Shown here one piece after another: positions 56,628 through 64,000 of a DNA stretch of 64,000 bases (positions are counted from its first letter, which is position 1; each line of letters begins with the position of its first letter). The notes under the pieces are model-generated. The model saw only the letters and a program-made list of their open reading frames with translations, did not search any database and was not told the DNA's origin. The position numbers and the translations under genes were made by a program. Source of the stretch: Eledone cirrhosa (taxonomy: Eukaryota); assembly GCA_964016885.1 (NCBI GenBank), contig OZ024764.1, positions 14,322,001-14,386,000 of the forward strand, in the 5' to 3' direction.

Positions 56628-57780
56628 TTGGTGGTGATGGTGGTTGTGGTGGTGGTGGTGGTGGTTGTGGTGGTGGTTGTAGTGGTGGTGGTGGTGGTGA
56701 TGGTTGTAGTTGTGGTGGTGGTAGTGGTGGTGGTGGTGGTGATGGTTGTAGTGGTGGTGGTGGTGGTGATGGTTGTAGTTGTGGTGGTTGTAGTGGTGGT
56801 GGTGGTGGTGATGGTTGTAGTTGTGGTGGTGGTAGTGGTGGTGGTGGTGGTGATGGTTGTAGTTGTGGTGGTTGTAGTGGTGGTGGTGGTTGTGGTGGTG
56901 GTGGTTGTGGTGGTGGTGATGGTTGTAGTTGTGGTGGTTGTAGTGGTGGTGGTGGTTGTGGTGGTGGTGGTTGTGGTGGTGGTGGTGATGGTTGTAGTTG
57001 TGGTGGTTGTAGTGGTGGTGGTGGTGGTGATGGTTGTAGTTGTGGTGGTGGTGATGGTTGTAGTTGTGGTGGTTGTAGTGGTGGTGGTGGTTGTGGTGGT
57101 GGTGGTTGTGGTGGTGGTGGTTGTAGTTGTGGTGGTTGTAGTGGTGGTGGTGGTGGTTGTAGTGGTGGTGGTGGTGGTGATGGTTGTAGTTGTGGTGGTG
57201 GTGATGGTTGTAGTTGTGGTGGTTGTAGTGGTGGTGGTGGTTGTGGTGGTGGTGGTTGTGGTGGTGGTGGTGATGGTTGTAGTTGTGGTGGTTGTAGTGG
57301 TGGTGGTGGTGGTTGTAGTGGTGGTGGTGGTGGTGATGGTTGTAGTTGTGGTGGTTGTAGTGGTGTTGGTGGTTGTAATGGTGGTGGTTGTGGTGGTGGT
57401 GGTGATGGTGGTGGTTGTAGTTGTTGTGGTGATGGTTGTAGTTGTTGTGGTGATGGTTGTAGTTGTGGTGGTGATGGTTGTGGTTGTGGTGGTGGTGGTG
57501 GTGATGGTTGTAGTGGCGGTGGTTGTAGTGGTTGTGGTGGTGGTGGTGGTGCTGATGGTTGTAGTGGCGGTGGTTGTAGTGGTTGTGGTGGTGGTGGTGG
57601 TGCTGATGGTTGTAGTGGCGGTGGTTGTAGTGGTTATTGTAGTGGTGGTAGTGGTGGTTGTGGTGGTGGTGGTGATGGTGATGGTTGTAGTTGTGGTGGT
57701 TGTAGTGGTGGTGGTGGTGGTTGTAGTGGTGGTGGTAGTAGTCGTAGTAGTGGTGGTGGTGGTGATAGTAGTAGTAGTAG
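56628..57780. repeat. (GGT/GTT/GTA)n tract
   Basis: Direct inspection. Confidence 0.95.
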
Positions 57781-57906
57781 CAGCAGCTTCATTCATAGCC
57801 TTTCAGACTGACCAAGCCCTTGTTTTCTGGTCTTAAGGGATTTGGTGTCAGGAAAGAGGAGTAGAGGGAGAAACTTGTCTAACTTCATTCTTACGTACTA
57901 AGTATC

Positions 57907-57953
<47 letters not shown>

Positions 57954-58042
57954 GCCTATGTATGTATATATATAAATGCCTATGTATGTATATATAAAAA
58001 TGCATATGTAAGTATATATATGTATATATATCTATAGATATG

Positions 58043-58074
<32 letters not shown>

Positions 58075-58136
58075 TACATATCTATAGATATATGTATATA
58101 TATCTATAGATATGTATATATATATATATAGATATG

Positions 58137-58214
<78 letters not shown>

Positions 58215-58237
58215 TGTATATATATGTATATATATCT

Positions 58238-58283
<46 letters not shown>

Positions 58284-58390
58284 CTATATATATGTATATA
58301 TATCTATATATATCTATATATATGTATATATATATATATATGTGTATATATATATATCTATATATATGTATATATATATCTATATATATG

Positions 58391-58425
<35 letters not shown>

Positions 58426-58748
58426 GTATATATATATATGTGTATATATATATATATATATGTGTGTATATATATATATATATGTGTGTATATATATATA
58501 TATGTGTATATATATATATATGTGTATATATCTATATATATGTATATATAATCTGTATATATGTATATATATATCTATATATATCTATGTATATGTATAT
58601 ATATATATATATATGTATATATATCTATATGTATGTGTATATATATATAATGTATATTGTCTGTATATATTTATGTATATACATGTATGTATATTGTATG
58701 TGTAGATATATATGTATATAGACAAAAACAGTCTCTATGTGTGTGTAT

Positions 58749-58789
<41 letters not shown>

Positions 58790-58984
58790 TGTGTTTATGT
58801 TCTGTCTGTACTGTCAGTCAGGTGACCTAAAAAGAATATGCCAGGAATTTTAACACCATCTTTTGTAACAATTCTTCAGTTGCTAACTTTGACTCTTCCA
58901 TTTCCATATTTCTAATGAAAAGACATTCTTCTTATGATATTCAAATGATTTTCAAAATAATCAAGAATTTGGAGAGACTCATTA

Positions 58985-59620
58985 TTAAGTTTGTGTTTGG
59001 AACATAACTTAAAGGTTCTTACATAAAATTATGATGGAAGGTCTTTAGATAAATATAAACACTTTAACCCTTTTGTTACCATATTTCTAATGAAAGACAC
59101 TGTTGGTGTTTAGAACATAACTTAACAAAGGTTCTTACATAAAATTATGATGGAAGGTTTTTTTAGATAAATATAAAACACTTTAACCCTTTTGTTACCA
59201 TATTTCTAATGAAAGACACTGTTGGTGTTTGGAACATAACTTAACAAAGGTTCTTACATAAAATTATGATGGAAGGTCTTTAGATAAATATAAACACTTT
59301 AAACCTTTTGTTAACATATTTCTAATGAAAGACACTGTTGGTGTTTGGAACATAACTTAACAAAGGTTCTTACATAAAATTATGATGGAAGGTTTTTAGA
59401 TAAATATAAACACTTTAACCCTTTTGTTACCATATTTCTAATGAAAGACACTGTTGGTGTTTGGAACATAACTTAACAAAGGTTCTTACATAAAATTATG
59501 ATGGAAGGTTTTTTTAGATAAATATAAACACTTTAACCCTTTTGTTACCATATTTCTAATGAAAGACACTGTTGGTGTTTGGAACATAACTTAACAAAGG
59601 TTCTTGCATAAAATTATGTA
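58985..59620. repeat. ~118-bp tandem (5 copies) containing a TTAACCCTTTTGTTACC MITE-like end
   Basis: Direct inspection. Confidence 0.85.
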
Positions 59621-59780
59621 AATACAGACACTTATAAATACATAAAAAAATTACTAGATGATTTAAAACGGGGCAATTTTGAAAACCTGGGATTGCATGG
59701 GGAGGAATTTGACCTGTGTCTCTGAGAACCACTGGGTTATACAATTTTGCAAAAACCTTTTAAATGCATATATATATATA

Positions 59781-60505
59781 TCATCATCATCGTTTAATGT
59801 CCATCTTCCACGCTAGCATGGGTTAGACGGTTTTGTTCCAATTGAGGCGGGACTGGTCGGGAGACCGTGTCTCGCTCATACAGAACTGTCCCTGGCAGGT
59901 TTTCTACAGCTGGATGCCCTTCCTAACACCAACCACATTTACAGTGTGGACTGGGAGCCTTTTCACCATGTCTCCTACATGACCACATTACAGTGTGGAC
60001 TGGGAGCCTTTTCACCATGTCTCCTACATGACCACATTACAGTGTGGACTGGGAGCCTTTTTACCGTGTCTCCTACATGACCACTTTACAGTGTGGACTG
60101 GGAGCCTTTTCACCATGTCTCCTACATGACCACCGTACAGTGTGGACTGGGAGCCTTTTCACCATGTCTCCTACAAGACCACCTTACAGTGTGGACTGGG
60201 AGCCTTTTTACCGTGTCTCCTACATGACCACTTTACAGTGTGGACTGGGAGCCTTTTCACCATGTCTCCTACATGACCACTTTGCAGTGTGGACTGGGAG
60301 CCTTTTCACCATGTCTCCTACAAGACCACTTTACAGTGTGGACTGGGAGCCTTTTTACTGTGTCTCCTACAAGACCACTTTACAGTGTGGACTGGGAGCC
60401 TTTTCACCATGTCTCCTACATGACCACCTTACAGTGTGGACTGGGAACCTTTTTACCGTGTCACCTATACGACCACTTTACAGTGTGGATGGGTGCTTTT
60501 TGTCA
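59781..60505 (-). mobile_element. SINE-B-related element with a 49-bp minisatellite (~11 units)
   Basis: acagtgtggactgggagccttttcaccatgtctcctacatgaccacatt units following the RTE-type tail. Confidence 0.8.
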
Positions 60506-60514
60506 TGTCACTGA

Positions 60515-60545
<31 letters not shown>

Positions 60546-60546
<1 letters not shown>

Positions 60547-60700
60547 CATCATCATCATCATTTTACATCCGCTTTTCCTTGCTTGCAAGGGTGGGACGGG
60601 TCCTATTCAGCACACCATCTCTTCACTTGTCACGGTCCTTCATCATCTCCTCCATGAGCTTCAACGATCTGAGGTCTGCTCTCACCACCTCCGCCCAGGT
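60546..60700 (-). mobile_element. RTE LINE 3' end whose 3' terminus matches the SINE B tail
   Basis: TWAEVVRADLRSLKLMEEMMKDRDK*R, then cccgtcccacccttgcaagc..gtaaaatgatgatg. Confidence 0.7.
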
Positions 60701-60850
60701 GGACCATAACACACCAGAGTACTCAATACTTAGGGTAGTAGAGTGGGTAATAGGAAATTGTTCAAGTCCCCGATGACAGAGCTCAAGCCGTTTCGACGGC
60801 TATTTCTGGATCGTCGATACGGCTTGATCTCTGCCGTCGGGGACTTGAAT
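60697..60850 (-). mobile_element. family B fold-back element
   Basis: GAGTAC hairpin on the minus strand plus inverted arms ttcaagtcccc..ggggacttgaa. Confidence 0.7.
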
Positions 60851-61148
60851 TTATATATCTATACAGCTAAATACTGCCAGCAGTTGCAACCAGTAGATTG
60901 TAAGAGCCATCGAAAGACCAATAGAAAAAGTATTTCTTGGGTTTGATTTGATAAAATCCCAGACCCCACTCAGTAAACAAATGAAGTCTGGGATCTTATC
61001 AATCATTTAATAAAAAAAAATACAATTATTGAGGTTTCAAAAATCATGTTAACATGGTGGTAGGGTGAGAAATTACTTGAGGATTTAACACTTTAGTATT
61101 TATATGACTTTATATTCATCATCATCACTGTTTAACACTTTAGTATTT

Positions 61149-61290
61149 ACTAACAGAATCGCTCGGCGTTGCTCGGGATTTGCTCGAGGGTTCTTATATA
61201 TTTGATATATATTTATCCTTATCGAGCCTCGTGAAATAAATACGTTTGTTTTACCTTGACCTCGGGATGGTGTCTACATTTTGTGCTTAT
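61149..61290 (+). mobile_element. possible non-autonomous Helitron-like 5' end
   Basis: actaacagaatcgctcggcgttgctcggg; shares sequence with 2208-2252; superfamily call is from recall only. Confidence 0.3.
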
Positions 61291-62281
61291 AAAAAAAATA
61301 TTACTCTATATATTCACTATTGTATTTTCATGGTAAAGGCTTTATCTCACATAATATTGAATCTATGAGAATTTGACGTCATGTATTTAGAGAACAATAC
61401 CTTAACAGCAGTGGTGTTGAGGTGGAGGTCACATGGTGGACGTGGTTTTGAGGTGGAGGTGGTGGTTGTCTGATGGATGTGGTTTTGAAGGTGGTGTTGG
61501 TGAAGGTGTTGTTTGTGGCCCGTGGTGTTAAGGTAGAGGTCATGTAATGGACACAGTGTTGACGTGGTTTTGGGGTGGGCGTGGTGGTTGTCTGATGGAT
61601 GTGGTTTTGAAGGTGGTGTTAAGATAGAGGTCATGTAATGGACACAGTGTTGACGTGGTTTTGGGGTGGGCGTGGTGGTTGTCTGATGGATGTGGTTTTG
61701 AAGGTGATGTTGGTGGCCCGTGGTGTTAAGATAGAGGTCATGTAATGGACACAGTGTTGACGTAGGTTTTGGGGTGGGCGTGGTGTGAAGGTGGTGATCG
61801 TGTGGTGGTCATGCTGTTGAAGTTGTGTTGGTGGATGTAGTGTTGAGGTGGTGTTGGTGGATGTGGTGTTGAGGTGGTGTTGGTGGATGTAGTGTTGAGG
61901 TGGTGTTGGTGGATGTGGTGTTGAGGTGGTGTTGGTGGATGTGGTGTTGAGGTGGTGGTCACAGCGTTGACGTGGTTTTTTGAAGTGGTGGTTGTGTGAT
62001 GGATGTGGTTTTGAAGTTGTGGAGGTGGTGTAGACGTGTTGATCGTGTGGTGTTGGTGGCCGTGGTGTTGGGGTAGAGGTCATGTGGTGGACATGGTGGA
62101 GGTGGTGTTGACGTGTTGATCGTGTGGTGTTGGTGGCCGTGGTGTTGGGGTAGAGGTCATGTGGTGGACATGGTGGAGGTGGTGTTGAGGTGTTTCAGAT
62201 TAAATAACTGCCACGTAGTCATGCATGAAATTATAACAGTCATTTCTTGTCATCCTCTGTTGGACACCCTCAGACACATAC

Positions 62282-62339
<58 letters not shown>

Positions 62340-62349
<10 letters not shown>

Positions 62350-62578
62350 ATATTGGCACACAAACATATACATATATACACACACACACACACAGGTATA
62401 TTGGCACACAAACATATACATATATATACACACACACACACACGCACAGGTATATTGGCACACAAACATATACATACACACACACACACACACATACAGG
62501 TATATTGGCACACAAACATATACATATATATACACACACACACACACACACATACAGGTATATTGGCACACAGACATA

Positions 62579-62610
<32 letters not shown>

Positions 62611-63315
62611 TACAGGTATATTGGCACACAGACATATACATATATACACACACACACACACATACAGGTATATTGGCACACAAACATATACATATATATA
62701 CACACACACACACACACATACAGGTATATTGGCACACAGACATATACATATATACACACACACACACACATACAGGTATATTGGCACACAGACATATACA
62801 TATATACACACACACACACACACAGGTATATTGGCACACAAACATATACATATATATACACACACACACACACACACAGGTATATTGGCACACAAACATA
62901 TACATATACACACACACACACACACGCACACACAGGTATATTGGCACACAAACATATACATATATATACACACACACACACGCACAGGTATATTGGCACA
63001 CAAACATATACATATATACACACACACACACACACAGGTATATTGGCACACAAACATATACATATATACACACACACACACACACAGGTATATTGGCACA
63101 CAAACATATACATATATACACACACACACACACACAGGTATATTGGCACACAAACATATACATATACACACACACACACACACGCACACACAGGTATATT
63201 GGCACACAAACATATACATATATACACACACACACACACATACAGGTATATTGGCACACAAACATATACATATATATACACACACACGCACACACAGGTA
63301 TATTGGCACACAAAC

Positions 63316-63360
<45 letters not shown>

Positions 63361-63515
63361 GGTATATTGGCACACAAACATATACATATATATACACACA
63401 CACACACGCACACACAGGTATATTGGCACACAAACATATACATATATACACACACACACACACACAGGTATATTGGCACACAAACATATACATATACACA
63501 CACACACACACAGGT
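62340..63515. repeat. compound minisatellite caggtatattggcacacaaacatatacata(ta)n(ca)n
   Basis: About 20 units. Confidence 0.95.
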
Positions 63516-63582
63516 ATGTATACATGCGCACACACACACACACACACACTTATCTCTCTCTGTCACGCACGCATACTTACAT

Positions 63583-63671
<89 letters not shown>

Positions 63672-63939
63672 CTCTCTCTCTCTCACACATGTACACATAC
63701 ATGTGCATATATACAAACTCTCACTCTGTCACGCATGTACACACATGCATACATGTACACACACACACACACTCCCCCCCCTCTCTCTCTCCAGATATTA
63801 GATACTAAACATGCTAAACCTGTTTTGAAATCAAATACATCATCATCATGGTTATCATTGGCAGGTTGTTTAACCCTAGGTCAGTCCTGATCTAACAGAC
63901 CTGTGATCAAAGATGCTCCAGTTGTGACCATCCTGTCAT

Positions 63940-64000
63940 ATATACAGACACAGTGTGTCTAGGACTACATTATCTAATGTGTCCTGTCTTATATACAGAC
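63940..64000. repeat. start of a second 51-bp minisatellite array
   Basis: Same unit as 12684-13810. Confidence 0.85.

Overview
Very AT-rich, microsatellite-saturated animal genomic DNA. The SINE types and repeat landscape suggest an octopus or other cephalopod (inference). Almost all ORFs in the supplied track are simple-repeat artefacts. Two signals stand out. (1) A complete three-exon gene on the minus strand (21520-21475, 20333-20310, 19272-19139), invisible in the ORF track, encodes a 67-aa prepro-CS-alpha-beta (insect/mollusc-type) defensin: MAFKVVLVLLLLTFAGCQA|ENTEEKVLSVR|GISCNVMGAMGCFVHCIRLGHSRGGICNSNKSCICLI. (2) About 20 type-I hammerhead ribozyme cores, from several sequence-unrelated short families, sit mostly in (TA)n tracts. 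Many are fold-back palindromes, they share a covarying downstream hairpin, and one family has a conserved non-canonical CAGAAGA core. They are most simply read as Penelope-like-element/retrozyme termini. The rest consists of 5'-truncated Tx1/L1-like, RTE, CR1 and CRE LINE fragments, a mariner remnant, two tRNA-derived SINE families, and several minisatellites that arose inside those SINEs or MITEs. Defensin exon and ribozyme coordinates were read base by base; repeat boundaries are approximate.
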